Origin: Eledone cirrhosa
Taxonomy: Eukaryota
Length of the DNA: 64,000 nucleotides
Assembly: GCA_964016885.1 (NCBI GenBank)
Contig: OZ024742.1
Coordinates: forward strand, 255,626,001-255,690,000
Direction of reading: 5' to 3'
A program made the translations under genes and the position numbers. This document shows positions 1-11,856 of the stretch, piece after piece. The notes beneath the pieces are model-generated. The model had not been told where the DNA came from. It made no database searches and saw only the letters and a list, made by a program, of their open reading frames with translations. Every line of letters starts with the position of its first letter. The first letter of the stretch is position 1.

Positions 1-240
1 TATATATATATATATGATCATCATCAAGTATTGGAAAGCTAGTACAATGCGGTGGAAATATATAAAGGAAAAATGATGACAATTAAAACAAAACAAAGTA
101 ATGTTTTTCTTGCACACTGTATTTCAACAGAAAAACCTCAAATGCATAACAACAACACCAATGAATGATGCTACACAAAAACGAACAATGAGTTCTTCCT
201 TAACTGATACAAGTATCCTCATGAAGCATGCACGGATCAA

Positions 241-918
241 TCACAGAAGCCACTCTGCTCCATGTAGTTCTGTTTTATTGTTTATTTGTGGCTTCTTTTT
301 GTTGGAGATTAGAGTCGCTTTAATTCTTAAATTCCCCACACGCCTTTCCATCACTTCTATGGTGACCTCAATGTTTCGGTAGAAACATTTGTCAAATTGT
401 TTTTTTTTTATAGATGAAGCTCTCATTTTTATGTGTTCCTTGATCCGTATGTGCAGCATCTAAACGGTACTTCCAATGTACGAAGAGCCACATTGTATAC
501 ACGTGATCCAGTAGACTACATACTCAGTCATGCACATATATACGCTGTTGATAGGAGAGTTAGGAATTGTGCGTAGGTCGTTGTATGCAGGTTGAGGTTT
601 GTATAGTAGTCTTCTTAAGGAAAGTCCCGAATGTACCAGCTATATCATCAGGCCCTTCCTATGAAGGGCTGCGATCCTCTTCTCTATGTAGTCCAGCATC
701 TTTAAGTAGCATATGCTATCTCTAGGGGTGTATGACCTCCTTCTACTTTTCGTAGGTGCCTTGACATTTGGGTATTTGTTGAAAGACGTTAATAGCCGTT
801 CTCTATGAGAACTCCTTTGAATTATTTCGTGTTGGTGTGTGTGTAGCCACCTTTGCTTCATCTGTGGGTTGTTGGGTTGGAATATGGAGAACGAACTAAA
901 TCTAGTAGTAGTAGTAGC

Positions 919-956
<38 letters not shown>

Positions 957-1620
957 CGACAACTGTGGTGATTGAAACGGCCATATTGGCTGTAGTAGTG
1001 GTGAAAATGGCCGTAAGAGCTACAAACCGCTTCAATTGATATGCCTATCTACAGTGGTCGGCCTCTATATTGAGTTCCACTTTCAGGGTGTAACATTGAC
1101 CTACAAGGAATTTTGACCCACAGCTTAGTAGGTCCAATTCTTTAGTTGTGAGGTAGCCAGATAGATCGAGTACACGTGGTTTGTTTGTAGTATTATTAGT
1201 GTCAATAGTTCCATCTTGGTTGTTGTAATTTCCGTTAGAACGCTGGTTCCTGGTGTTGGATGTATTAGCCTTGCTGCCACAGTAAACAGAGCCGTGGTAG
1301 TGTTTGTTTAGACTCCATTGGAACTTGCATAGGATGCAGTTTTTTTCACGTGCAAATCGATTTTGATAGCATACCTTAATCTTGTCGTGTAGTTTGAAAC
1401 GGCAAGGAAGCTTAGCTTGTAGAGCAGATATATCTATCTTGTGTTGTTTGAATTCTTTTTGTAGTTGTCTAAGGAGATTTTTTTTTGATGAAGATGTGTA
1501 TGAAGTGGCATGAAGACTTGAAACTAGATCAAAGCATTTATATAGATGTATGTTCCTCATAGTGTTATGAATGATATAGAGGCCAACGGCATATAAGTTG
1601 AAGTGGATAACTGCTCTTAC
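241..1620 (-). mobile_element. Internally deleted Penelope-like element (N-terminal region + GIY-YIG end, RT core missing)
   Basis: Minus strand reads YVVYWITCIQCGSSYIGSTV*MLHIRIKEH...INNKTE (GIY-YIG). ORF 1045-1560 ends LTTKELDLLSCGSKFLV..LNIEADHCR, homologous to the start of the PLE at 34651. No YVDD between the two parts; a (TAG)n tract lies at ~903-957. Confidence 0.8.
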
Positions 1621-1835
1621 ATTAATTCACACAGCTACCACAGCCGCTGTCACCACTGTTGTAGTCAACACGACCCTCGCCAACACCACTGCTGTCGCAT
1701 CTACAACTATACTTCTTCCATCTATCCTCACTCTACTTTCAGACTGAATTCATTTAATTAGATTTTTCTTAATACATTTATACACTTTATATATTTGTAC
1801 ACAAATTTCCCTGTCACGAGACGGATATCATCTTC

Positions 1836-2370
<535 letters not shown>

Positions 2371-3323
2371 AATAGTATAGAAAATTGTGTTTCGTTTTGC
2401 TTGTGTTTATTTTAAGGAAATCGAATGTATATATTTACAAGAGTAAGTATATTACATACAACAGGAAACAAAGCTAGATTTTGACTAGTCATAGTTTTTT
2501 AAAAGTTTATTTTGAAAGTAGAAACAAAAAATGATTACAAAATACAACATCGCCCGAACATAATATTTTGAGAATTTCTATGGAATAAAATAAAATTATA
2601 TAACATAACACAAGAAAAAATATGTATACTGCAGACAAAATATACACCATAAATCTGTGTGCAATTCCGGCAGAATTTACATAACAAAAATAGCGGAAAA
2701 CAAAATACGACTATTTTGATTAGCTTTCATTGAGGCATATATTTACGAATGTGTGTATAGATATAGCAAATGATATATAAGTATAGCGAACATATATTGA
2801 TTTAATTCTATACTTTGTGTCGATGTTTCCGTATATACCAAATGTATAATATCTAACACCATTCCAACATTTTAGCAATCATTACTTAAAATGTCAGTCG
2901 ACGTGGCTGGTGTTTGTATATATCCTGAAATAATAAAAAAAAAAACAGTATCCAAGTCGATAAATAAAATACCAGCCCAGGAATGATATCGATTCTTTTT
3001 ATATATCTCTTTCTAACTTCCCTTCACGCTCTTTCTTCCTGTGTTCAGATTTGGAGAGGGATGAGCTCTGACAAGTGCGAAATGCGCAGATGTCATATCA
3101 CCCCTAAAATTCCATTAGAAGCTGATCGCTAATGGCATAAAAAAAGGTTATAACAATACAACGCCATCCATACATACAATTACATGAAACGTTAAAAACT
3201 GGGGGCAGGCGCCTACAAAAGACGTGAGCAAATGAACAAATTATAGAAAATTGAACGGTTTGGGTGAGGGATATTTTACAACGAATACATTTTTAAAAGA
3301 GTGTGTGAAAGTAAAGGTATATC

Positions 3324-3378
3324 TGTTAGAACACGAAAAGTGTGAAACAACAGAATGTTCACTTTTCGTGTTCTAACA
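3324..3378. repeat. 55-bp hairpin / minimal TGT...ACA MITE-like element
   Basis: Perfect 19-bp inverted repeat tgttagaacacgaaaagtg / cacttttcgtgttctaaca; a related half-site lies at ~3837. Confidence 0.55.
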
Positions 3379-4720
3379 TATATGCCTAGCTTCTCTAAAA
3401 ATTTTTCGGGGATAGCCGTGGTGGTGGTGATCGTATGTCATTGGCTAATTTTCAACCAATCAGAGTACCTCTCTCTATATCTCTTCCACTGTTACTTACG
3501 CCTGTTTCTCTCTATCTGTTCCGTCTCTTACTCTTTCGCTTTGCACTCCTCCCCTTCAATACCATCTCTCCCCCTCTCTATATATTTGTTACTCTATCGC
3601 TGCACGCTCCTCTCCTTCAATATATCAATTACACACGCTTTACACTCCTTTATCCCCAGCGCCCCTATATATACACCCCCCCTCTCCCGCATCTATATTT
3701 TAATGTACCGTTGCACCGTGAATATATGTGTCTATATATATATATACATATATATTGTATATACACATTCATGTATGTGTATACACACTCATGTATGTAT
3801 ATACACTGGTTTTATGTGTGTATTGTAAATTTGTACTGTTAAAACACGAAACTAACATTCGATTGACACTTTGATTACCTGTACAGGCAATAGTTATTAG
3901 AATGCTGTTGAAGTGTGTATATATTTTTGGGGGACATCCTGTATATACACACATTATATATAATACAATAAACAGATAAATACACACATATATATATGAG
4001 CTTATTTAATTATAAATATTGTGAATTTTTAACTCAGTTCAATTATATATATAAATGGCTTCTACAGGACTAGAACTGTTTCATTCGAAAGAAATCATCA
4101 TAATATTGAGAGGGGGGACTAGATAAAATATTTCAAATCAAATGTGTATAAGTTATAAGTTAAAATGTATAAATAGAGACGATAGTGGAGGTATATCTGT
4201 TTAGTGGAACAGTAGACGATAGAATTAAATACAGACGATAATCTCCCTTTAATGAAACAGCAGACGATAGAATTAAGGCAATTTACATTTTAAGCATTTG
4301 CATTTTTGCCTTTCATCGTTACGGGGTCGATAACATAAAGTACCAGTAATACACTGTCACTAGACGACTTTCAAATTGAATTGTTGGTTCCATTTCTTTA
4401 GTATTTTCAATTGTAGTTATCTACTTAAAAAGCGTTACACGGTTAGAGACATAATTCGTAAGTTATATCTTCCCTATTAAACCATTGCATTATTTCGCCT
4501 ACAATAGAACAAAAATGAAATGTTCTTTAAAGAAACAGGAATATAACTTTATAAAAAAAAAAGTTGCATCCGCTTCTTTTATCATTGATAATTTTTTCGT
4601 TTTAATATTAATTGCTTTTTGTAGTTGTTTATATTAAAAATCTTACTGTAATATTTACTTAAACGAAGGCAAACATCTAAACTTATAGATTAATCTTGAG
4701 CGAAGGACTAGATAAATCTC

Positions 4721-4778
<58 letters not shown>

Positions 4779-4779
4779 A

Positions 4780-4945
4780 ACGAAGAATGATAAAATTTCA
4801 AGCAAAGAGTTTAATTAGGTATATTTTGTAATATTATTAACTAATTATTATAATTAACGCTTCAGGCTTTGTCTATATACTGAAACAAATTTGTAAGTCA
4901 TTACCTAATTAAACTCTTTGCTTGAAAATTTTATCACTCTTCGTT
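4780..4945. repeat. Inverted repeat, ~43-bp arms
   Basis: aacgaagaatgataaaatttcaagcaaagagtttaattaggta ... tacctaattaaactctttgcttgaaaattttatcactcttcgtt. Confidence 0.8.
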
Positions 4946-5034
4946 TTGAATTTCTCCTAAGTATTCAATGCTCTGTTGAGAAATACATTTTACATAAACA
5001 GTCTTTGTACCATTTATACGGTATTAATTACTTA

Positions 5035-5073
<39 letters not shown>

Positions 5074-5133
5074 CGTATGAACCGCCAAGTAGCGAGGTAT
5101 CACTGTATATATGTTTAAATATATAGTGTAGCT

Positions 5134-8100
5134 GTGATGTATCTCGCGAGTGAATCGAGACCTGTCACTGATTTTGGTGTCCCCACTGCCGATGTGAATG
5201 AGCAACGCTGCACTTGTGAATTGGGTCTTGATGTTGCAGGCAGTTCATATACTTACAATGATGCGGTTCCACAAGCTTGTTCACATTCCTGTGCTAATAA
5301 TCTAGATGGGCATATTAAATTGGATGTGAAAGCAGCTTACCGGATGCGGAATCGGGAGAAGTTGAGACAAAAACAGGCCGATTATAGAGCTGTGAATTTT
5401 GCTAAATTAACACAAAAACAGGCCAAGTATAGATGTTCAAAACGGTATGAGTTGGCAAACAAGCAGGCCAAGTATAGATCTGCAAATTCAGCTATTATAT
5501 CTCAAAAGCAAGCCGAGCGTAGAGCTTCTAAACGTACCGAGTTGGCTAAAGAGCAGACCAAGTACAGATCTGCAAATCAAGACAAAGTATTACAAACAAA
5601 GGCTATGTATAAAATTCACCATAAAGATAATATACAGTCTTATGAGAAAACATATTATAAAAAAAAGTTTCTTCATAAGCGGTCTTTGTATCAAATGAAG
5701 AAACTAAATAAAATGGTTGACTTCCGGATGCAGCATCAGATCTTGATGTCCCAATTTGTTAAGTCATATAAAAAGACAATAACAGATACCAATCTTCGCA
5801 ACGACGCATATAGTCACGTGCTGAGTGTGTTCTCCAGATCTGTTGGGATGCGAAATTTTGTGTGTGCTCAATTAAAAATAAATGTTAAAGCTGTGCATAC
5901 ATTGATGGAAAAGGTCAATGCTAACGGTTTGTTGCATTATTGGGGAAATCAACATTATCACAGTTCCACCAATGAGCTTCCTAATTTTGACAAGAGCACT
6001 GCAAAGTACATGAAAATGGATGAGTTTAAAAATCAGTCCGTTGAGAAAGTCCGAATAGTCGTTATCAATAATGAGGAGACAGACAACATTGTGAATGACA
6101 TGGCTAATGCTGACGAGCAGAATGATGATAATGATGTGTCTAAATGTTTGGTTAGACCTTGCGGGTCTTCCATATTAGATACATGTCCAAATGACTCAGC
6201 TACTCGTCTAACTTTGTGCCAAAGAATTGATGATAAACTTCCAAAACTCAATCCCGATATGACAGTTGCTGAAATAAGGCAGTTGATCGAGAAATATGAG
6301 TTTTGCAATGTTACTCATGATAATGATCAGCACTGCATCGGCCAAACTGGCTGCACCAGTGAATTTGGCTTTTTAAAATCCATAGCAGTTCACTCGCCAA
6401 AGTTGCGCACATTGCTGAGGAAAATTTATAAAGTTCGGTCCTTATGTATTTGGCTCAACAAGTACAATGAAGCTGTTTTCAATGGCGATTGGACCAACTT
6501 TGAGAATTTGACAGACGTTGCCAACATTGAGCGTGCTATTGCAGTTAAATTCAAAAATATGTGCACTGGTTTCAATGATGTCGAACACACTGATGCAGAT
6601 GTCATTCATAAATATGGTAATCAAGTTCAAAGATTTCAATCTGAAATTACCAACTATAAAATCCAACATTGTCATATCTGCAAACTGCGCAAATATAGCA
6701 AGGAACTAAAAGTTTGGGATAATTGGAACTCTAGATATTTTAAAACGGCCGTTGCAAAGGATGCAATAACTGCCAACTACTCTTTGCCTTGCACAGTCTG
6801 CACAACATGCACTACACATTTGCGCAACAGTGGGGTGCCTTCAATGGCCTCAATAAATGGCTTGGGCGTTGCTGCCGTTCCCAAAGAACTTGCTGATCTT
6901 AATACATATGAGCGAATACTTGTACAACGGGCCAAATGTTTCGTCAATGTAATAAAACTGGTGCCATACTCATTCAAAGGCAATATTTCAGCATGCATTT
7001 CCGCTATTAAAGGAATTGCAATTCACTTGCCTTTGCCTATGGACGGAACTATTAACCGCACCATGGATACGTTACCTGCGCTTCAAGACGACATGCTTAA
7101 AATAGTCGTTGATAGCTTGCCTTCGCGGAAACAAATTATCTGGCGTTCAATGGTAGACATGAGTAAAGTATTGAAGGCACTTGATTGGCTTGCAGCAAAC
7201 AATGTAATGTATGCCGATGTTAAGATCAATCGCTACGCCGATACGGAAAGTGAAAACATTGTCGAGTGCTCGGGAGTTAATAATGCCAAATTCGATAATC
7301 TTTTACTTAAATCGAATGCTGGCATTACCTATGAGCATCACACTGTTAAAGACATGAATCCGTGTCTCCCTGCAGACACTGACTTGGCTTTGTACAAAAT
7401 GAAAAGAGTGGAAGGCGATTTCATTGCAGACAATGATAAAAAACTTGAGTTGTTGTGCTTTCCTTGTCTTTATCCAACTGGTCAGTTTGGCATTTTCGTG
7501 GACAATAGACCGTTTGGAGCTGTAAAGCCATACATGTTCATAAGAAACAGACTGAATCATAGCGACTCTAGATTTCGGCGAGATATACAATATCTCATGT
7601 TTTGTCTTGATAAAGCCGACAAGAGAGGCATTGATTCTGGTATATATGCCATCATGAAGACCACCAAAAACAGCCGCATGACTATAAGCGAGTTTAGAAG
7701 GCGGCTGCATGAAAATGACAGGCACCTAGAGGGCAATTTAAATATGATGATGGCCAATGTCCGTGGTTCCAAGCAGTTTTGGTCTAGAAAATGTTCAGAC
7801 TTGATGGCTATGGACGAGAAATTTGGCCCGGCCCACTTGTTCTTAACTTTGTCTTGTGCAGAGTACTTTTGGCCTGATCTGAGAGAGTTCCTGGAAACGT
7901 TGAATGCTGACATACCAGACATTTCTAGAAAACGCACCAATGAGTTGTGCGCGGATGACGTGGTGGCTGTTAGCGAACATTTTCACCATCGGTTCACCAC
8001 CTTTATGAAAGAAGTTGTTAAACATACCAATTCTCCGTTTGGTATTGTCGAGCACTTTTTTTGGAGGTTGGAATACCAAATGAGAGGTGCTCCGCATGTT

Positions 8101-11100
8101 CATATGAAATTATGGATTAAAGATGGCCCTATTATGGACAGAGACGACAAGTATGCTATTCAGACGTTTATACAGTCCATGATCACATGTCGCATGCCGT
8201 CCAATGTAGAAAGCCCCGTTTTGTCAGACTTGGTGTTGCGTTTTCAACGACATGTGTGTAGTGGATCCTGCAAAAGGCAAATATTTTCGAGTGGTCGTTT
8301 TTACACTCGATGCAGGTTTGGATTTCCTCGTCCTATCGGGAATTTCAATTTGCTTAGCGTCAACGAGTGCATAAAATCTCGACACAAAGATAGAGCTGTC
8401 AAAAAGGTGTACACGCTTGACAGACGACAAGGGGAAGAGTGCATCAATGACTACAATCCTGTTGTTCTGTATGTCTGGAAAGCTAATGTCGATATCCAAT
8501 ACATCGGTGAAGATAGCATGATTCTAAACCGATATGTTACTAGTTATCAGACAAAGTCCGAAAAGACTGAAACTGAAGGTATTTGGGCTGAGATTGACAA
8601 GTCCAAGTCCATTTACTCCAGATACAAGAGTGTCGGACTTAAGCTGATGGGCAAGCGTGATACAGGTGCCTATGAGGCTGCAGACAAATTGCTTGGCCAC
8701 CATTTTTATGGATGCTCTGAAAGCCTCATTTGGATTGGAGCCGATTTGCCTAGTTACCGATCCCACAGGTTCAGGCCTCAGTATGAACTGGATAAATTGA
8801 AACCGTATTCTACCGATCTTTATTACGAGAATATGGTTGAAAATTGGTATCTAAACAGGCCTAATTCGATGGAGCACATGTGTTTGTATGAACTTGCGAG
8901 TAAATACGAACATGTGAATCCAATTGGTAACAGCAATTTTGATGACGACTTCAGGTTGAGAAATAATCTTGGCTATTTCAAATCTGTGAAAGAGCGGATT
9001 GTGAAGTCGCCAAACATTAGATTGACTGCAGATACCTGTGAGCGCTATCACCACAACCTGCTTATGCTCTTTAAACCTTGGCGAGACGAGGAAAAAGACT
9101 TGCTGGGAGGTTGTGAGACTTATAAAGAGTCTTTTGAACAGTGTGCATACCATTTATCTGAAATGATCAGGTTCCAGAATGTGCGCAAACGTTTGGAGAA
9201 TGCGCTGGAACAAGCCAAACATATTCAAAACGAACCTCAGTCTCATGATAATGATGACCATTCTTGCGGTGATCACATGGAGGCGTTGGCAGTTGATGAT
9301 GCTAATGTCGATTTGCCTTGCATGAGAGATGTCAATGAGGATGCACTGAGGCATAAAGAAAATAAACTGAATGAAGTGCAAAGAAAAATTTATGACGATA
9401 TCGTTGCCGGTATTGACAAACAAGACAAACATTGGGACAACAGCAAACCTTATCCGAGATGTAGTTGCGATGATTGTCCACAAGTCTTGAAATTTGTTTC
9501 AGGTGTTGGTGGCACGGGCAAGAGTTTTTTGATAAATGTACTGGCTGATAAAATTCAGTACATGTATCCAAATGACAATGGCCCGAGCGTAGTGATATCG
9601 GCACCCACAGGAATGGCTGCTTTCCAACTCAACGGCATGACTCTTCATCGAATGCTAAAGCTCAAAGTGCAGCACGGTAAAACTCCCGTGTACGATGATC
9701 TACCAAAGGACTTTTTGAAAATGCTGAGGATGGGGCTTCAATATGTCCGACTGATCATAATCGATGAGATTAGCATGGTCAGTCATTTGCAGTTGGCATT
9801 CATTCACTTGAGATTGTGCCAATTGTTTTGTGACTTTGCCCAAGGCATTTCTCCTTTCGGGCGAATGAACATTGTTGTTTTTGGAGATTTGCTTCAATTA
9901 CCGCCTGTTAGAGAAAAGCCGGTGTTTAACAAAGTTACTCACCAAGATGCACAAAGATCATGCATAGGCGTCAGCAGCCACCATTTGTGGAGGTACTTCA
10001 AGTACGACGAGTTGACAGTCAACATGCGTCAGAAAGAAGACTTGGATAATTATGTTGACATGCTCGGCCAAATAAGGCTGGGTTCACCACTTGATTCAGA
10101 TATTGAAATTCTAAATAAGCATAGAATTGATCTCAACGGCAAAGCTTCCATTGATCAGGTTGCTTACAAAATGTGTGAGCTGATACAGACTTCTAATTTG
10201 AGTATCGTCTGTATCATGCCTCTAAACGAGTCAGTAGAAAAGTTTAACGCTGCAATGCTCAATAAACTTGGCATTAATACCGTTGAACTTATGGCTATTG
10301 ATTCGAATATGAGGCAAACCAAATGTCAAAAGAAAACAAAAAGAAAAAAGCTGACCACTAAAAAGACTTCTGATACTGCTGGCCTTGAAACTGTTCTTAA
10401 AGTTGGCGTTAATGCTCGAGTTATGCTTAAACGCAACATCGATCTTGAGAAAGGCTTGTGCAATGGTGCAATGGGAACTGTAAAGCAACTCAATTATGAG
10501 TTTGGAAAAATTACTTCCATTGACGTTCTCTTTGAGAGTACAAACCAAATTGTTGCCATCAAACGTGTCAAAGCCGATTACGAATTGTCTCCTAGTGTTT
10601 TTATCACTAGAGAACAATATCCCTTGTGCATTGCATATGCAATTTCCATCCACAAATCACAGGGAATAAGTGTCGATGGAGTCGTTGTTGATTTGGGCAC
10701 TGGCGTTTTTGCAGACGGTATGGCCTATGTAGCCTTATCTAGAGCCCGTAAACTGTGCAATGTTTACTTGATTGATCTTGATCCAACGAGTTTGATCATG
10801 TGCGACTCTAGTGCTTGGAGAGAATACAATTATTTGAGAGAGACCATTAATATGGGACCGCTTCCATTGTGTAACGTGAGGCCCAACAGTATTGGACAGG
10901 CCAAAAAAGCAACTAAAAAAAGTAAATTTGCTATTAATATTGACAGTGGAATGGTCAACTTGGCGAATCCAAAAAAGGCCAGAACTGAGAAAACGGTTGC
11001 AAAGCCGTACATTTCGCTGATCAATGAGAGAAATGCTTGCTTTGTAAACAGCACCATGCAAGTTATACGCCAGCTGGTGTTGTTGGTTGAACACATTCAG

Positions 11101-11856
11101 TTCACTGATGATGTTGCTATTCGTGAAATTAGCGATATTATATCGTCATCTGGAACTAAATCGGTCGCAAATTTGAGAAATATTCTCGGTGGCAGGTTTA
11201 ATAATGGTACCCAACAGTGTGCGCACGATTTTTGGAAGCACATTTATCAGTTGTTCTCTAAAAAAATTAAACAACTATTCACCTTTGAGGAAAATACTTG
11301 GCTCAGCTGCATTAGAAAACACGAGCACAATTGCCCCAGATTGCACAATGATGAATGTTATTGTGCATCGATCAACGGCTGTGGCACTTGCACACATATA
11401 ACTGATGTCAAGTCTGATCTGACGTTGCAGCCTGTTAATGGTCGGCAACAATTCAAAAGCTTGCTCAAAACTGATGTTTCGCTCATTAAGAGATGCGATC
11501 TGTGTGGCATTGACACCGAGCACTTTGGTACAGTTAACCATGTATTTCCAAACACAATGCGTTACTTGGTTGTTTATTTGAATAGATTCGAATATACAAA
11601 CAATCAGATGATCAGAATTGATTCTGAGTTGATGAATTTCTCTCCGAACAAGCAGAGCATTTACGGCCAAAAATTCCGACTAATCGGCTCCGTCTTGCAT
11701 TCACTGGCTAGTGCAGACTCCGGGCACTACACCAGCATCGTCCGCAATCAGGACAGATGGGACATTATTAACGATGCCGTTTTTTCCAAGCAGTATATAG
11801 GTTTCCCGTCGAAACTGCTTAACAACTACCTGTTGTTTTTAGAAAAGTTGAATTGA
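5134..11856 (+). CDS. Helitron (Helentron/Helitron2-like) Rep-helicase polyprotein with C-terminal USP (peptidase C19) domain, 2240 aa
   Basis: Uninterrupted ORF (first ATG at 5137). Rep/HUH: FLTLS, WRLEYQMRGAPHVH (~8063-8103), YVTSYQTK (~8533). Pif1/SF1 helicase: GVGGTGKS (~9502), IIDEISMV, GDLLQLPPV, LTVNMRQ, YAISIHKSQG, YVALSRAR. USP: NERNACFVNSTMQ (~11023), QQCAHDF, HSLASADSGHYTS..WDIINDA (~11698-11778). Confidence 0.93.
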   Translation: MMYLASESRPVTDFGVPTADVNEQRCTCELGLDVAGSSYTYNDAVPQACSHSCANNLDGHIKLDVKAAYRMRNREKLRQKQADYRAVNFAKLTQKQAKYRCSKRYELANKQAKYRSANSAIISQKQAERRASKRTELAKEQTKYRSANQDKVLQTKAMYKIHHKDNIQSYEKTYYKKKFLHKRSLYQMKKLNKMVDFRMQHQILMSQFVKSYKKTITDTNLRNDAYSHVLSVFSRSVGMRNFVCAQLKINVKAVHTLMEKVNANGLLHYWGNQHYHSSTNELPNFDKSTAKYMKMDEFKNQSVEKVRIVVINNEETDNIVNDMANADEQNDDNDVSKCLVRPCGSSILDTCPNDSATRLTLCQRIDDKLPKLNPDMTVAEIRQLIEKYEFCNVTHDNDQHCIGQTGCTSEFGFLKSIAVHSPKLRTLLRKIYKVRSLCIWLNKYNEAVFNGDWTNFENLTDVANIERAIAVKFKNMCTGFNDVEHTDADVIHKYGNQVQRFQSEITNYKIQHCHICKLRKYSKELKVWDNWNSRYFKTAVAKDAITANYSLPCTVCTTCTTHLRNSGVPSMASINGLGVAAVPKELADLNTYERILVQRAKCFVNVIKLVPYSFKGNISACISAIKGIAIHLPLPMDGTINRTMDTLPALQDDMLKIVVDSLPSRKQIIWRSMVDMSKVLKALDWLAANNVMYADVKINRYADTESENIVECSGVNNAKFDNLLLKSNAGITYEHHTVKDMNPCLPADTDLALYKMKRVEGDFIADNDKKLELLCFPCLYPTGQFGIFVDNRPFGAVKPYMFIRNRLNHSDSRFRRDIQYLMFCLDKADKRGIDSGIYAIMKTTKNSRMTISEFRRRLHENDRHLEGNLNMMMANVRGSKQFWSRKCSDLMAMDEKFGPAHLFLTLSCAEYFWPDLREFLETLNADIPDISRKRTNELCADDVVAVSEHFHHRFTTFMKEVVKHTNSPFGIVEHFFWRLEYQMRGAPHVHMKLWIKDGPIMDRDDKYAIQTFIQSMITCRMPSNVESPVLSDLVLRFQRHVCSGSCKRQIFSSGRFYTRCRFGFPRPIGNFNLLSVNECIKSRHKDRAVKKVYTLDRRQGEECINDYNPVVLYVWKANVDIQYIGEDSMILNRYVTSYQTKSEKTETEGIWAEIDKSKSIYSRYKSVGLKLMGKRDTGAYEAADKLLGHHFYGCSESLIWIGADLPSYRSHRFRPQYELDKLKPYSTDLYYENMVENWYLNRPNSMEHMCLYELASKYEHVNPIGNSNFDDDFRLRNNLGYFKSVKERIVKSPNIRLTADTCERYHHNLLMLFKPWRDEEKDLLGGCETYKESFEQCAYHLSEMIRFQNVRKRLENALEQAKHIQNEPQSHDNDDHSCGDHMEALAVDDANVDLPCMRDVNEDALRHKENKLNEVQRKIYDDIVAGIDKQDKHWDNSKPYPRCSCDDCPQVLKFVSGVGGTGKSFLINVLADKIQYMYPNDNGPSVVISAPTGMAAFQLNGMTLHRMLKLKVQHGKTPVYDDLPKDFLKMLRMGLQYVRLIIIDEISMVSHLQLAFIHLRLCQLFCDFAQGISPFGRMNIVVFGDLLQLPPVREKPVFNKVTHQDAQRSCIGVSSHHLWRYFKYDELTVNMRQKEDLDNYVDMLGQIRLGSPLDSDIEILNKHRIDLNGKASIDQVAYKMCELIQTSNLSIVCIMPLNESVEKFNAAMLNKLGINTVELMAIDSNMRQTKCQKKTKRKKLTTKKTSDTAGLETVLKVGVNARVMLKRNIDLEKGLCNGAMGTVKQLNYEFGKITSIDVLFESTNQIVAIKRVKADYELSPSVFITREQYPLCIAYAISIHKSQGISVDGVVVDLGTGVFADGMAYVALSRARKLCNVYLIDLDPTSLIMCDSSAWREYNYLRETINMGPLPLCNVRPNSIGQAKKATKKSKFAINIDSGMVNLANPKKARTEKTVAKPYISLINERNACFVNSTMQVIRQLVLLVEHIQFTDDVAIREISDIISSSGTKSVANLRNILGGRFNNGTQQCAHDFWKHIYQLFSKKIKQLFTFEENTWLSCIRKHEHNCPRLHNDECYCASINGCGTCTHITDVKSDLTLQPVNGRQQFKSLLKTDVSLIKRCDLCGIDTEHFGTVNHVFPNTMRYLVVYLNRFEYTNNQMIRIDSELMNFSPNKQSIYGQKFRLIGSVLHSLASADSGHYTSIVRNQDRWDIINDAVFSKQYIGFPSKLLNNYLLFLEKLN

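Noticed and set aside
4068-4102. Hammerhead-like TGATGA..GAAA cagt TC on the minus strand
   Set aside because: C3 and the 5' arm of stem I are missing; probably a truncated remnant, not counted.
6033-11670. Many antisense ORFs of 60-140 aa inside the Helitron ORF (and inside R4 copies)
   Set aside because: Shadow ORFs with no recognisable motifs.
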